Origin: an uncultured delta proteobacterium
GTDB taxonomy: Bacteria; Desulfobacterota; Binatia; Binatales; Binataceae
Reading direction: 5' to 3'
NCBI GenBank assembly: GCA_963808235.1
Contig: CAWEEQ010000002.1
Coordinates: 128,001-192,000, forward strand
DNA: 64,000 nt
Positions 19,538 to 29,950 of this stretch are shown piece by piece. Each line of letters begins with the position of its first letter. Positions within the stretch are counted from its first letter, which is position 1. The position numbers and the translations under genes were made by a program. Below the pieces are notes generated by a model, which saw nothing but the letters and a program-made list of their open reading frames with translations, had not been told where the DNA came from and searched no databases.

Positions 19538-21232
19538 ATGCTGCTCGAACTGCGCATCCGCAACTTCGCGATTATCGAGGAAGCTCACCTCGAGTTTGGC
19601 GCCGGCCTGAACGTGCTATCTGGCGAGACCGGCGCCGGCAAGACGATCATTCTGAGTGCGCTTGGCTTGCTGCTCGGCTCCCGGGCGTCGCCTGACATGA
19701 TTCGGGCCGGAGAGAAAGAGGCGGTCGTCGAAGGGCTGTTCGAGCTCGAGGGCGAGACTGCGATACCCGAACTCGCGGAGCGGACTGGCGATGGAAGCCG
19801 GCGCGAGCTTGTTGTGCGACGGCTAATCGCCGAGGGTGGACGCTCGCGCGTAACTGTCGACGGGGAGCTCGCCACGGTGCAGACACTCGCGAAGATGGGC
19901 GCATCGCTGGTGCAGGTTTACGGACAGCATGAGCAACAATCGCTGCTCCGCGCAGAAGCTCATCGCGAAGTCCTTGACCGATACGCTGGAATAGACCACG
20001 AACTCGCGAAGTATCGCGAGAGTTACGGCCACGCGCAGGGAGTTAGAGCGCGCGGGCTTGAGCTGAGTCGTCGCGAACGCGAACGCGTGGACCTGCTCGA
20101 GCTGGCCAGATTCCGCGTCAGCGAACTCGAGCGCGCTCAACTTGTCGCCGGCGAAGACGAAGATCTTGCGCACGAGCGCACCGTCCTTGCCAACGCGAGC
20201 AAGCTCGCCAGTGCGGCTCTGGAAGCCGAGCAACTGCTCTATGCCGGCGAAGGCGGTGCGACTGACACGGTCGCGCGTACCGAGACGCGCCTCGCCGATG
20301 CGGTGGCGATCGACCCGAAGCTTGGCGATGCGCTCGAGATGATCAAATCGGCGCGCGCAAACCTGGAAGAGGCGGCGCGAACGCTCGGCGCATACGCGGC
20401 AAAGATCGAGGCCGATCCAGCGCGGCTCGAGGAAATTGAAAATAGGCTCCAGGAATTGGCGCGGCTCAAGAGAAAATACGGCGGGTCGGTCGCTACTGCG
20501 ATCGAAACGCTGGAGCGTTCGCGCGGCGAAATTGACGAGCTTCAAGGAATCGAGGAATCCAGGGCGCAGGTCGAGGCCGAGCTGGCGGCGGCGCTCGACG
20601 AACTCGTTACGCATGCGAAAAAGCTGACCTCGATTCGCAAGCGCGCAGCCGCGGAGCTGCGGCTCAAGATGGAGGCGGAGCTGAAGACGCTCGGGATGCG
20701 CTCGCCGGGCTTCGAGGCGCGACTCGGCGCGCTCGCAGAAGACGAAGCCGGCTTTGTGTGCGGCGGCGTGGCGCTCGGCGCCGCCGGAGTCGACACGATT
20801 GAGTTCCATCTCTCGCCCAATCTCGGCCAGCCGGCGATGCCGCTGCTCAGAATTGCGTCGGGCGGCGAGTTGTCACGCGTGATGCTGGCACTCAAGCGCC
20901 TGGAGGCTCAGCGGCGCGGAATCGCGACTATGATTTTTGACGAAGTCGATGCCGGCATCGGTGGCGCGATTGCACAGGTCGTCGGTCGCAAGCTGAAACA
21001 ACTCTCGCGCTTTCACCAGATTTTGTGCGTGACGCATCTGGCGCAGATCGCGGCCTATGCCGATCGTCACTTCACCGTCGAAAAAGAAGAGCGCCGCGGT
21101 TCGACCCGGAGCCGGGTCGCAATCCTGGAGCCGGGTGATCGCACCGAGGAAATCGCGCGGATGCTCGGCGGCGAGGTATCGGAAAAGTTTCGCCGCGCCG
21201 CCCGCGAACTGCTCGAACGCGCCGCGAATTAG
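19538..21232 (+). CDS. recN: DNA repair protein RecN
   Basis: SGETGAGKT, ASGGELSR, IFDEVDAGIGG, VTHLAQ. Confidence 0.97.
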   Translation: MLLELRIRNFAIIEEAHLEFGAGLNVLSGETGAGKTIILSALGLLLGSRASPDMIRAGEKEAVVEGLFELEGETAIPELAERTGDGSRRELVVRRLIAEGGRSRVTVDGELATVQTLAKMGASLVQVYGQHEQQSLLRAEAHREVLDRYAGIDHELAKYRESYGHAQGVRARGLELSRRERERVDLLELARFRVSELERAQLVAGEDEDLAHERTVLANASKLASAALEAEQLLYAGEGGATDTVARTETRLADAVAIDPKLGDALEMIKSARANLEEAARTLGAYAAKIEADPARLEEIENRLQELARLKRKYGGSVATAIETLERSRGEIDELQGIEESRAQVEAELAAALDELVTHAKKLTSIRKRAAAELRLKMEAELKTLGMRSPGFEARLGALAEDEAGFVCGGVALGAAGVDTIEFHLSPNLGQPAMPLLRIASGGELSRVMLALKRLEAQRRGIATMIFDEVDAGIGGAIAQVVGRKLKQLSRFHQILCVTHLAQIAAYADRHFTVEKEERRGSTRSRVAILEPGDRTEEIARMLGGEVSEKFRRAARELLERAAN

Positions 21233-21319
21233 TGCTCAGTTGTCAGTCGCATGCTTGACGGCGCTTTGGCCGTGGCGCTAAACGGCAGTCAGGCGCCGCG
21301 ATAGAAAAGGAGGCCCGCG

Positions 21320-22420
21320 ATGGAACCGCAACGAATCCTGTCCGCGGATTCGCACGTGATCGAGCCCGCCGACGTGTGGACGTCGCGAATCGAGAAACGC
21401 TTTCTCGATCGAGCGCCGCGAGTCATCAAGCGTGCAGGCGAGCGCCCGGGCGATTTTTTCGTCGCCGAAGGGCTTCGCCCATTCCCGGTTGCCGGCTTCG
21501 CGGTCGCTGGCGTCGATCCAAAAGATTTTGCCGATCGTATGGCCAGGGGTTACCCGGGCGTCAGGCCGAGCGCATGGGATCCGGTCGCGCGGATCGAGGA
21601 CCAGGAACGCGACGGCGTGGTTGGCGAGGTACTGTACCCGAGCCTGGCGATGCGCCTGTTCCAGATGGAGGACGGCGAGCTGCGCGCCGCGTGTTTTCGC
21701 GCTTACAACGATTGGCTTGCCGAGTATTGCGCGCACAATCCGCGTCGGCTCGCGGGAGTCGCGATGGTCTCGCTCGACGATCCGCTGGAGGGAGTCGCAG
21801 AGTTGACCAGAGCTGCGAAGAAGGGGCTTCGCGGCGCGATGATATGGGGCGCGGCGCCTGCGGAACGCCCCTACAGCGATCCGTCGTACGATCCATTCTG
21901 GGCGCTGGCGGACGAGTTGAGGGCGCCGATCAGCTTGCATATTCTCACCGAGCGTCGCGGCGGCAGCGATTTTCAAAGCGTGATGAAGAGTTACCCGGCG
22001 CTGCATCATTCGGTCGAACGCTCGCTTGCCGAAATTATTTTTGCGGGCGTGCTCGAGCGATTTCCTCAGCTACGCCTGGTGTCCGTTGAGAACGACATCG
22101 GATGGATCGCGCATTTTCTGCAGCGCCTCGATCATTCGTACGAGAAATATCGCTACCTCGAAAAGGAGGCGATTCCGAATCCGCCGAGCTACTATTTTCG
22201 CCGCCAGGTTGCGGCGACGTTTCAGGACGACCGCGTCGGCGTGGTCTCGCGCCATTTTATCGGGGTGAAGAACCTGATGTGGGCGTCGGATTTTCCGCAC
22301 TCAGACTCGACCTGGCCCCATTCACGAGAAGTAATCGCACGCGACTTCGAAGGCGTACCCGACGACGAGCGGCGCATGATGACCGCGGACAACGCGGCCG
22401 CGCTATACAGTCTCGGCTGA
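21320..22420 (+). CDS. Amidohydrolase family protein (Amidohydro_2)
   Basis: SADSHV, LHI, MWASDFPH. Confidence 0.9.
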   Translation: MEPQRILSADSHVIEPADVWTSRIEKRFLDRAPRVIKRAGERPGDFFVAEGLRPFPVAGFAVAGVDPKDFADRMARGYPGVRPSAWDPVARIEDQERDGVVGEVLYPSLAMRLFQMEDGELRAACFRAYNDWLAEYCAHNPRRLAGVAMVSLDDPLEGVAELTRAAKKGLRGAMIWGAAPAERPYSDPSYDPFWALADELRAPISLHILTERRGGSDFQSVMKSYPALHHSVERSLAEIIFAGVLERFPQLRLVSVENDIGWIAHFLQRLDHSYEKYRYLEKEAIPNPPSYYFRRQVAATFQDDRVGVVSRHFIGVKNLMWASDFPHSDSTWPHSREVIARDFEGVPDDERRMMTADNAAALYSLG

Positions 22421-22497
22421 CTTCGATCGCGCGATAAGAGAGGGGTCGGTTGACTCCACGGAGCGCATCGGCTTAGCTGAAAAATCTCGCTTGCGGT

Positions 22498-22574
22498 GGG
22501 GCTGTAGCTCAGTTTGGGAGAGCGCCTGAATGGCATTCAGGAGGTCGCGCGTTCGATCCGCGTCAGCTCCACCA
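22498..22574 (+). tRNA. tRNA-Ala(GGC)
   Basis: GGGGCTG/CAGCTCC acceptor with G3-U70, CCTGA-ATGGCAT-TCAGG anticodon arm, GTTCGATCC, encoded CCA. Confidence 0.97.
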
Positions 22575-22606
22575 ATAAAATCAAGGCCGTTTAGGCTCAC
22601 GAACCG

Positions 22607-23491
22607 ATGGACAAGCACATAAGCAAGCATCCCGAAACGAAGCATCTCGCGAGCGATGTCGTTCACTACCGCGAGTTCAAAATCCTGCTGCAGCCCGACC
22701 GGTTCACCAGCAAGCATGGATTCCTCGAATTTTGGGAGGCGGCATCGAAGACGCTCAAAAAACTCGATCTTAGAGTCGATGTCGACCATCACGCGTTCGA
22801 TAGCCAGGTTCGGGAAGTTCTCTTTTACGACACTCCGGAGTTTGACCTTTACAATCATCATTTCATTCTGCGGAAGCGTACTTTCTACGACCAGGGATGG
22901 CCCCGCGAGGGCCACGAGCTGACCTTCAAATACCGCGCCCCGGACCTCAAGGATGCCGCAGCCGTTGACGTGCGTCCGCAATTGGGAGGACACGACGAGA
23001 TCAAGTTCAAGGAGGAATTGTTGCTCGAGCGTGACCGCCTGGGCGGGATGCGCAGCGTGTACTCGCATGGATGCGTGCTTACCTCGCCAAAGATCGAGCT
23101 GGATCGCGGCGTCGAGGACATCACGCGCGCATTTCCGACCCTCAAGAAAATAGATATACGGCCCCGAACCAAAATGACGCTGGTCAATAACGTGGCCGTC
23201 GAGGAAGTGCAAAACACGATGGGCGTGATCCACTTCGGGCACCACTTCAAGGGCAAGACCACCATCGCGATATGGAGGAGCCGGGCACTGGAAAAGTCGC
23301 TGTCGGGTGAGTTCGCTTTTCAGTGCAAGTTCGAACGGCTCGAGGATGTGAGCAAGGAGGCCCTTGAGTTGTCGGAAGAGTTCTACAAGAAGGTGCAGCT
23401 CGATTGCGCGGAATGGATCAAACTTGGCACCACCAAAACCGCGATGGTGTATGGCCTCGGCGACAGTGGGCAGCTAAAGAACCGTGAATGA
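22607..23491 (+). CDS. Hypothetical protein, possibly CYTH/triphosphate-tunnel fold
   Basis: N-terminal REFK, FYDTPEFDL..HFILRKR, LTFKYR. Confidence 0.6.
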   Translation: MDKHISKHPETKHLASDVVHYREFKILLQPDRFTSKHGFLEFWEAASKTLKKLDLRVDVDHHAFDSQVREVLFYDTPEFDLYNHHFILRKRTFYDQGWPREGHELTFKYRAPDLKDAAAVDVRPQLGGHDEIKFKEELLLERDRLGGMRSVYSHGCVLTSPKIELDRGVEDITRAFPTLKKIDIRPRTKMTLVNNVAVEEVQNTMGVIHFGHHFKGKTTIAIWRSRALEKSLSGEFAFQCKFERLEDVSKEALELSEEFYKKVQLDCAEWIKLGTTKTAMVYGLGDSGQLKNRE

Positions 23492-23547
23492 GATCCGGCG
23501 AAACTGGGATTCGTAAGCCGAATCTTCCCGACCCCAGCGCACATTGC

Positions 23548-25527
23548 TTAAGCGGCTCTCGCTAGCGATTCTCCCTCCCGCCCGACCGCTATTTCCGCTG
23601 CTACGTCTGGCTTTGTCCGCGGCAGTAAACGTGCTGAATTGAGAATGAACGCCAGCTCCGAAGTCACGTGAATGAAGGCGGCAAGCGGAGGACTCAATAA
23701 CCCCACCGACGCAAGCGCGATCCCGACCATGTCAACGCCGATCGTGCCCGCGAAATTCCACCAGATGATGCGCCGAGTCCATCGCGCAATCTCGAGCGTC
23801 TCGGTGAACTTCAACAAGTCGTTGCCGAGCAGCACCACGTCCGCGCTCTCACGGGCGACGTCAGTGCCGGAACCCATCGCAACGCCAACACTGGCCTCTG
23901 CCAATGCCGGCGCGTCGTTGATTCCATCACCGACCATTGCAACGATGCGTCCGCTCGCGACCAGGCTCTCGATGCGCGCGAGTTTCATCTCTGGCAAAAG
24001 GTCGGCCTCTACTTCGCTGATTCCGAGCTCTCGCGCGACCATCGTGGCAACAGAGTTGGTATCGCCAGTCAGCAGAACGCTCCGAATGCCGATCCGATTC
24101 AGCGCTTCGATGGCGCGTCGCGCCTCTGGCCGCACGGTGTCGGCGATGGCGATCGCGCCAAGAAATTGTCCGCCGCGCGCTACGAAAACCTCCGATGAAC
24201 TAGCTGCGCCGGCAAGGAATTCGCGCGGCACGGCTATCGTGTGATCTCGCGCATGATCGTTCAGGAGCCCCCGATTCCCGACGAGAATCGTCACGCCATC
24301 CACCACTGCCGTGATGCCGCGGCCGGGGGCGTAGTCAAAACGCTCGGGCTCACGGAGCGAACGGTTCTTCGCCAATGCAAAGTTGACAATCGCCTTGCCC
24401 AATGGATGCTCGGAGCGCATCTCCGCCGATGCGGCCGCATCGAGAACTTCGTCTTGCGAAACACCGGCAGCCGGAACAACCGCTTGCACCTCGGTCTTGC
24501 CAAGGGTCAGCGTGCCGGTCTTGTCGAGGACGACAGTATCCACCCGACCCAGAGTTTCCAGGTACAAGCCACCTTTTATGATTGCTCCCAGGCGCGCCGA
24601 GCGGCCGATGCCGCCAAGGATTGCGAGCGGTGTGCCCGCCGCGATGCCGCATGCTCCCGCAACGATAATTACGGAAATCGTTGAACGCGCGTCCCGCGTG
24701 ACGATGAACGTGACTACCGCGGCGGCGAGAGCAAAATAGACCAGGTATCCGGCCAGGCGATCTGCCAACTGCTGCACCGGTGCGCGTGAACGTTCAGCGT
24801 GCTCGACGGCCTCAATGATCCTGCCATAGCTCGTGTCGCGTCCGATCCGCTCGACGCGGATCTCGAGCGCTCCCGATTGGTTTATCGTTCCGGCATATAC
24901 GGCCGAACCCGGCAGCTTCTCAACGGGCATCGATTCGCCCGTAATCCGGGACTGATCAACAAAGGAGCGGCCGCTGGTAACAACGCCGTCGATCGGCATC
25001 ATGCCGCCTGGGTTGACGAGTACGGAATCTCCCACGCGCAGTTCGGCTGTGGAAGTCTCGCGGATGCCGTTGGCGCCTCGCACCGTGACCGAACGAGGAA
25101 TGAAATCCATCAGATCCCCAATCGCACGCCGGCCGCGAGACACGGTCATCCCTTCCAGCACTTCTGCTACCAGGACAAATAGTGTGATAACGAGCGCGGT
25201 AAAGTATTGCGCGATACAAGCTGCCGCGACGATCGCGATGCTCATGGACAACTCCATGGTCATCCGCCGTGATGCGGCGTTCTCGGCCGCCTCTTTGAAT
25301 ATCGGCCATCCACCGATCAGAACGCCCAGCACGCCAATAAGGCTGATGCTCGGAATCGGGTCCCATAGGCGGAGCCACACGGCCGCGGCGGCAATTGCGA
25401 CCACGATGATCCGTGCCGCTTCGAGCGGGCTTAATACGTGATCTCGCTCCTCGGCGGCCGGCACGGTCGTCTCTTTCTGCGCCTGATCCACCAAAGTCGG
25501 AATCTCGATCTTTTCAGGCAGGGCCAT
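23548..25527 (-). CDS. Heavy-metal P1B-type ATPase with atypical TM motif
   Basis: TGES, DKTGT, SEHP, GDGINDAP; GACG where CPC is usual; start MALPEK. Confidence 0.92.
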   Translation of the reverse strand: MALPEKIEIPTLVDQAQKETTVPAAEERDHVLSPLEAARIIVVAIAAAAVWLRLWDPIPSISLIGVLGVLIGGWPIFKEAAENAASRRMTMELSMSIAIVAAACIAQYFTALVITLFVLVAEVLEGMTVSRGRRAIGDLMDFIPRSVTVRGANGIRETSTAELRVGDSVLVNPGGMMPIDGVVTSGRSFVDQSRITGESMPVEKLPGSAVYAGTINQSGALEIRVERIGRDTSYGRIIEAVEHAERSRAPVQQLADRLAGYLVYFALAAAVVTFIVTRDARSTISVIIVAGACGIAAGTPLAILGGIGRSARLGAIIKGGLYLETLGRVDTVVLDKTGTLTLGKTEVQAVVPAAGVSQDEVLDAAASAEMRSEHPLGKAIVNFALAKNRSLREPERFDYAPGRGITAVVDGVTILVGNRGLLNDHARDHTIAVPREFLAGAASSSEVFVARGGQFLGAIAIADTVRPEARRAIEALNRIGIRSVLLTGDTNSVATMVARELGISEVEADLLPEMKLARIESLVASGRIVAMVGDGINDAPALAEASVGVAMGSGTDVARESADVVLLGNDLLKFTETLEIARWTRRIIWWNFAGTIGVDMVGIALASVGLLSPPLAAFIHVTSELAFILNSARLLPRTKPDVAAEIAVGREGESLARAA

Positions 25528-25541
25528 TGGAGACTCCCGAG

Positions 25542-25817
25542 CTACTTCAGGTAGGACTGAACGATCTCGATCAGTTCCTCGGCGCCTTTGGCGCGGGAAC
25601 CGCGTTCGTGATCCGGATCGACGACATGCATCCGGATATGGTCCTCGATGATCTCGGCCATGAGACTGTTCATCGCGCCGCGCGCGGCGACTACGAGATG
25701 TAGGACCTCGGCGCATCCCTTCTCTTCCTCGACCGCGCGTTCAAGCGCTTGCACCTGGCCGAGAACGCGCCGCACGCGGTTCAGGAGCTTGGTTTTCTCT
25801 TTGATGGTGTGTGACAT
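25542..25817 (-). CDS. RcnR/CsoR family metal-sensing repressor
   Basis: MSHT...GQVQAL...C35...H60xxxH64, the RcnR-type H-C-H-H fingerprint. Confidence 0.9.
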   Translation of the reverse strand: MSHTIKEKTKLLNRVRRVLGQVQALERAVEEEKGCAEVLHLVVAARGAMNSLMAEIIEDHIRMHVVDPDHERGSRAKGAEELIEIVQSYLK

Positions 25818-25830
25818 AGAAGGCCTGCCT

Positions 25831-25929
25831 CTATACCCAAGGGGATATAGTATTACACCTCGATATCGTTTCCGTCCAGCACAGCATGGATAGAATTTGA
25901 CCAATTCAATTGATACCCCACTGGATATC
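25831..25929. promoter_or_regulatory. Two RcnR/CsoR-type operators
   Basis: CTATACCCAAGGGGATATAG (25831-25850) and GATACCCCACTGGATATC (25912-25929): C/G tracts flanked by TAC/ATA inverted repeats. Confidence 0.7.
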
Positions 25930-26063
25930 GTGTCCTAGATGAATCAATCGGTGTTCTGCCAGGCACTTTAGATTTTTCTTGTCCGACCTTGAATTCGGCG
26001 ATAAAATTTCTAGTGACGGGCAGCTTATGCAGTCCGGACGATTCATCATTTCGCGAGGATGCG

Positions 26064-28289
26064 ATGGCGATTTCAAGAATAGACGCTGACTTCGACGAGT
26101 CATCGGCGGATTCGTATCGGAGCAACCGTGAATCGGCGCATCTCGTCCAGTTTTACGAGGCCGATTCGTTTTTGCTCGAAGCGCTCGGCCGGTTGGTCGG
26201 CGATAGCCTGATCGCGGGTGATTCGAGCGTCATCATCGCCACCGAGACGCATCGCGATGGTCTCGAAGCAGCCTTGCGGGCCCGCGGCCTGGACATCGAT
26301 TCGATCCGCAGCGCGGGGCGGTACGTCGCGCTCGATGCCGCCGAGACTCTGGCTACGTTCATGGTTGATGATTTTCCGGACGAAGCTCTTTTTCGCGCTG
26401 TCATCGCGGAAGTGATCGAGCGCGCAGCGGCGAACAGCGAGAGCCATCACGTCTATGCATTCGGCGAGATGGTTGCGCTGCTGTTTGCGGCCGGAAAGGG
26501 AGACGCGGTGGTCCGCCTTGAGCAGCTTTGGAACAAGCTTGGAGAGGAACTGCCGTTCTCATTGTGCTGCGGTTACCCCTTGAACCAGTTTTCCAACAAA
26601 CCGGACGAACCGTTATTCCTCAAAATTTGCTCGGAGCACTCCCAGGTTGTGCCGGCTGAGAGTTACACGGAACTGGCGAGTTGCGACGACCGTCTTCGCC
26701 CAATCACCTACCTGCAGCACAAGGCCAAGATTTTCGAGACCGAGAAGGAGGGGCGAAAGGAAGCCGAAAAGTCTCTGTCTCTCCACCAGAAAGAGCTGGA
26801 GGATTTTCTAGAGAACGGCGCGGAGGGCCTGCAACAAGTCGGTCCGGATGCGAGGATTTTGTGGGCGAACCCTGCTCAGCTGCGATTGCTCGGATATTCG
26901 GCGCAGGAGTACGTCGGGCATCAGCTTGCAGATTTCTACGTGCAGCGCGAAGCGTTCGACGAATTCTGGCGCTTGATCATGGCGCAAGAGACTGTTTACG
27001 ACTTTCCGGCCGCGCTCCGGTGCAGAGACGGATCGATACGCCAGGTCCTGATTCATTCGAGCGGATATTGGGAAGACGGGAAGTTCCTGTATACGAGATG
27101 CTTCATTCGCGACGTAACCGAGCGTGTGCGGCTGGAAGACGAGCTTCGAGAGAGAGCCGATGAGCTCGCGGACGCCGATAAGCGGAAAAATGAGTTCCTC
27201 GCGATGCTCGGGCTTGAACTCCGCAACCCGCTTTCGGCGCTGTCGCACGCGATTGCGACCGCCGTTCGCGACGCATCGCGCCGCGATCGCGCGCTCGACA
27301 TCGCGCGGCGCCAGACCAGCCATCTTGCCCGCCTCGTCAACGATCTTCTCGACGTCACCAGGATCACGAAGGGAAAGATCTCGCTTCAAAAAGAACCGGT
27401 GCAACCAGGATCAATTGTCAATTGCGCTATCGAAGAGGTGCGCGATCTGATTGAGGCGCGCCGCCAACGGCTGACGGTATCGATTCCGGTCGCCGCCGAG
27501 AAGATCAGGGTGCAGGCCGACCCGGCGCGTTTGCAGCAGGCGCTCAGCAATCTGATCCACAACGCCGCGAAGTTCACTCCGCACGGCGGCATGATCGACG
27601 TGGTGCTCCAGTGCAAAGACGGCAGAGCGGTGCTGCGGGTGCGCGACTCCGGCGTGGGGATTTCGCCGGCGATGCTCCTTCGAGTTTTCGATCTATTTAC
27701 GCAAGGTGAGACTTCTCCGGACCGAACTCAAGGCGGGCTCGGAATCGGGCTGACCCTGGCCAAACAAATCGTCGAGATGCACGGCGGGCAAATCGAGGCG
27801 CGCAGCCATGGGCTCGGCAAGGGTTGCGAATTCGAAATTTCGCTGCCGTTGATGGCAGAAAGAATCGAGAAGAGCGCGACGTTGAGCGATGAGGCGCCTT
27901 GCGAACATACACGCGCACGGCGCGTCCTGATCGTCGAAGACCACGTTGACGCAGCTGAAAGCCTGACTGGGTTGCTGGAGCTCCTCGGCCACGAGGTTCG
28001 CGTCGAGGGGAACGGGGCGGATGCTCTCGATACGCTCTCCAGCAACGACTTCGAGGCAGTCCTGATCGACATCGGCCTTCCCGATATGGACGGCTACGAG
28101 GTGGCGCGCCGGATTCGCATGCTGCCTGGATCCAGAAAAAAGCTGCTGGTCGCGCTGACCGGCTATGGGCAGCCAGAGGACCAGCGACGCGCGCTGTCGG
28201 CCGGCTTCGATCAACATCTGGTGAAGCCGGTGAACGTCGAGCGGCTGCAGCACATTCTGACCGAGTCCGCCGGATCCGGCACCGTTTAG
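26064..28289 (+). CDS. Hybrid sensor kinase MEDS-PAS-HisKA-HATPase-REC with H-box His replaced by Leu
   Basis: HLVQFYE and FGEMVALL (MEDS), PAS, LGLELRNPL, NAAKFT, DSGVG, GLGIGL, DIGLPDMDG. Confidence 0.9.
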   Translation: MAISRIDADFDESSADSYRSNRESAHLVQFYEADSFLLEALGRLVGDSLIAGDSSVIIATETHRDGLEAALRARGLDIDSIRSAGRYVALDAAETLATFMVDDFPDEALFRAVIAEVIERAAANSESHHVYAFGEMVALLFAAGKGDAVVRLEQLWNKLGEELPFSLCCGYPLNQFSNKPDEPLFLKICSEHSQVVPAESYTELASCDDRLRPITYLQHKAKIFETEKEGRKEAEKSLSLHQKELEDFLENGAEGLQQVGPDARILWANPAQLRLLGYSAQEYVGHQLADFYVQREAFDEFWRLIMAQETVYDFPAALRCRDGSIRQVLIHSSGYWEDGKFLYTRCFIRDVTERVRLEDELRERADELADADKRKNEFLAMLGLELRNPLSALSHAIATAVRDASRRDRALDIARRQTSHLARLVNDLLDVTRITKGKISLQKEPVQPGSIVNCAIEEVRDLIEARRQRLTVSIPVAAEKIRVQADPARLQQALSNLIHNAAKFTPHGGMIDVVLQCKDGRAVLRVRDSGVGISPAMLLRVFDLFTQGETSPDRTQGGLGIGLTLAKQIVEMHGGQIEARSHGLGKGCEFEISLPLMAERIEKSATLSDEAPCEHTRARRVLIVEDHVDAAESLTGLLELLGHEVRVEGNGADALDTLSSNDFEAVLIDIGLPDMDGYEVARRIRMLPGSRKKLLVALTGYGQPEDQRRALSAGFDQHLVKPVNVERLQHILTESAGSGTV

Positions 28290-28456
28290 GACTCGCAGCT
28301 GGTAGCAGTCATATCGTCTCCTACCAATCGCGCAGCACTGACGCGGGATTGCTGTGTGCCGAACCAGGACGGCACCGGCACGGGAGGTTCAGTTGCGCGG
28401 CGCGCATCCGCCGTTGTAATTGAACATCCAGAGAACATCTTACGCAGGAGCGTCAT

Positions 28457-29860
28457 ATGCCCGGACACACAATGACTATTGGCGGCAAGGCGGTGAAGGG
28501 ATCGAAAAGCGCAGGCGTGGTCAATCCGTCTACCGGTAAAGTGTTTGCCGAGGTTCCCGACTGCACGAAGGCTGAGCTCGATCAGGCAATGGACGCCGCC
28601 CAGAGCGCGTTTCCGGCCTGGAGCCGCGATATCGGCACGCGCCGCAAAGTGCTCGGCGAGTGCGCCGCGGCGCTGCAGAATCCGGAAGGACTCGCGCGCA
28701 TGCTCACCCAGGAGCAGGGCAAGCCGCTCGACAAGGCGGGCCAGGAGATCATGCTGACCTCGATGTGGTGCGGGTACACGGCGAGCCTCGATTTACCCAC
28801 CGACGTGCTTCAGAACGATGCTAACGGCCGAATTGAAATCCGTCGCAAGCCGCTCGGCGTGGTCGCCGCGATTACGCCGTGGAATTATCCGCTGATGCTT
28901 GGGATGTGGAAGATCGCGCCGGCGCTGCTGGCGGGCAATACGATAGTGCTCAAACCGTCTCCGTTCACGCCGATCACCACGCTGATGCTTGGCGAGATTC
29001 TGCGCGATATCGTGCCGCCCGGAGTGATCAACGTGATTTCCGGCGGTGACGAGTTGGGCGGGTGGATGACGAGTCATCCGGTACCGAGAAAAATTTCGTT
29101 CACCGGTTCGGTCGCAACCGGCAAGAAGGTCGCCGCGGCTGCCGCCCCGGATCTCAAGCGGGTAACCCTCGAACTCGGCGGAAACGATGCCGCGATCGTG
29201 TTGTCGGACGTGGACCTTGCCGCGGTCGCGCCGAAAATTTTCTGGGGAGCGATGGAAAACAGCGGGCAGATCTGCAGCGCGATCAAGCGTGTGTACGTTC
29301 CCGAGCAGATGTACGCGCCGATGCTTGAGATCCTCGGCGAGCTTGCGCGCGGGGTCAAGGTCGGCGACGGACTCGAAGCCGGCACTCAGATGGGACCGAT
29401 CAACAATCGCCCGCAGTTCGAGCGCGTTACCGAGCTGGTCGAAGATGCGAAGAAGCACGGTGCCAAGATTGTCAGCGGGGGCGCGCGCGTAGGCAGCGAG
29501 GGATATTTCTTTGCGCCGACGATCGTCGGCAATATCTCTGACGGTGTGCGGCTCGTCGATGAAGAGCAATTCGGGCCGGCGCTGCCGATCATCCCTTATA
29601 AGGACGTCGATGACGCGGTGCGCCGCGCGAATGCCACGCACTTCGGGCTCAGCGGTTCGGTGTGGTCGAAGGATTCGAATCGCGGTGCGGAAGTCGCGGC
29701 GCAACTCGAGTGCGGCTCAGCCTGGGTCAATCAGCATCTCGCGATCGCGCCGAATCTCCCGTTCGGAGGAGCCAAGTGGTCGGGAATCGGCGTCGAGAAT
29801 GGGCCGTGGGGCCTGCTCGGTTTCACCGAGATCCAGGTGGTGAACGTCACCAACATGTAA
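28457..29860 (+). CDS. Aldehyde dehydrogenase
   Basis: PWNYP, FTGS, LELGGND, GQICSA, EEQFGP. Confidence 0.95.
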   Translation: MPGHTMTIGGKAVKGSKSAGVVNPSTGKVFAEVPDCTKAELDQAMDAAQSAFPAWSRDIGTRRKVLGECAAALQNPEGLARMLTQEQGKPLDKAGQEIMLTSMWCGYTASLDLPTDVLQNDANGRIEIRRKPLGVVAAITPWNYPLMLGMWKIAPALLAGNTIVLKPSPFTPITTLMLGEILRDIVPPGVINVISGGDELGGWMTSHPVPRKISFTGSVATGKKVAAAAAPDLKRVTLELGGNDAAIVLSDVDLAAVAPKIFWGAMENSGQICSAIKRVYVPEQMYAPMLEILGELARGVKVGDGLEAGTQMGPINNRPQFERVTELVEDAKKHGAKIVSGGARVGSEGYFFAPTIVGNISDGVRLVDEEQFGPALPIIPYKDVDDAVRRANATHFGLSGSVWSKDSNRGAEVAAQLECGSAWVNQHLAIAPNLPFGGAKWSGIGVENGPWGLLGFTEIQVVNVTNM

Positions 29861-29950
29861 GACGGCAACGGCGGGCAGCAATCGCGAACCTGGGAACCGG
29901 CGCCTGCGCGGATTCGTTTGATAAGAGCGATGCGCGAAGGTTTCATCTCC

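Noticed and set aside
28290-28456. Hairpin-rich leader of the aldehyde dehydrogenase as a riboswitch
   Set aside because: No riboswitch consensus was recognised, and short stems are expected at this GC content.
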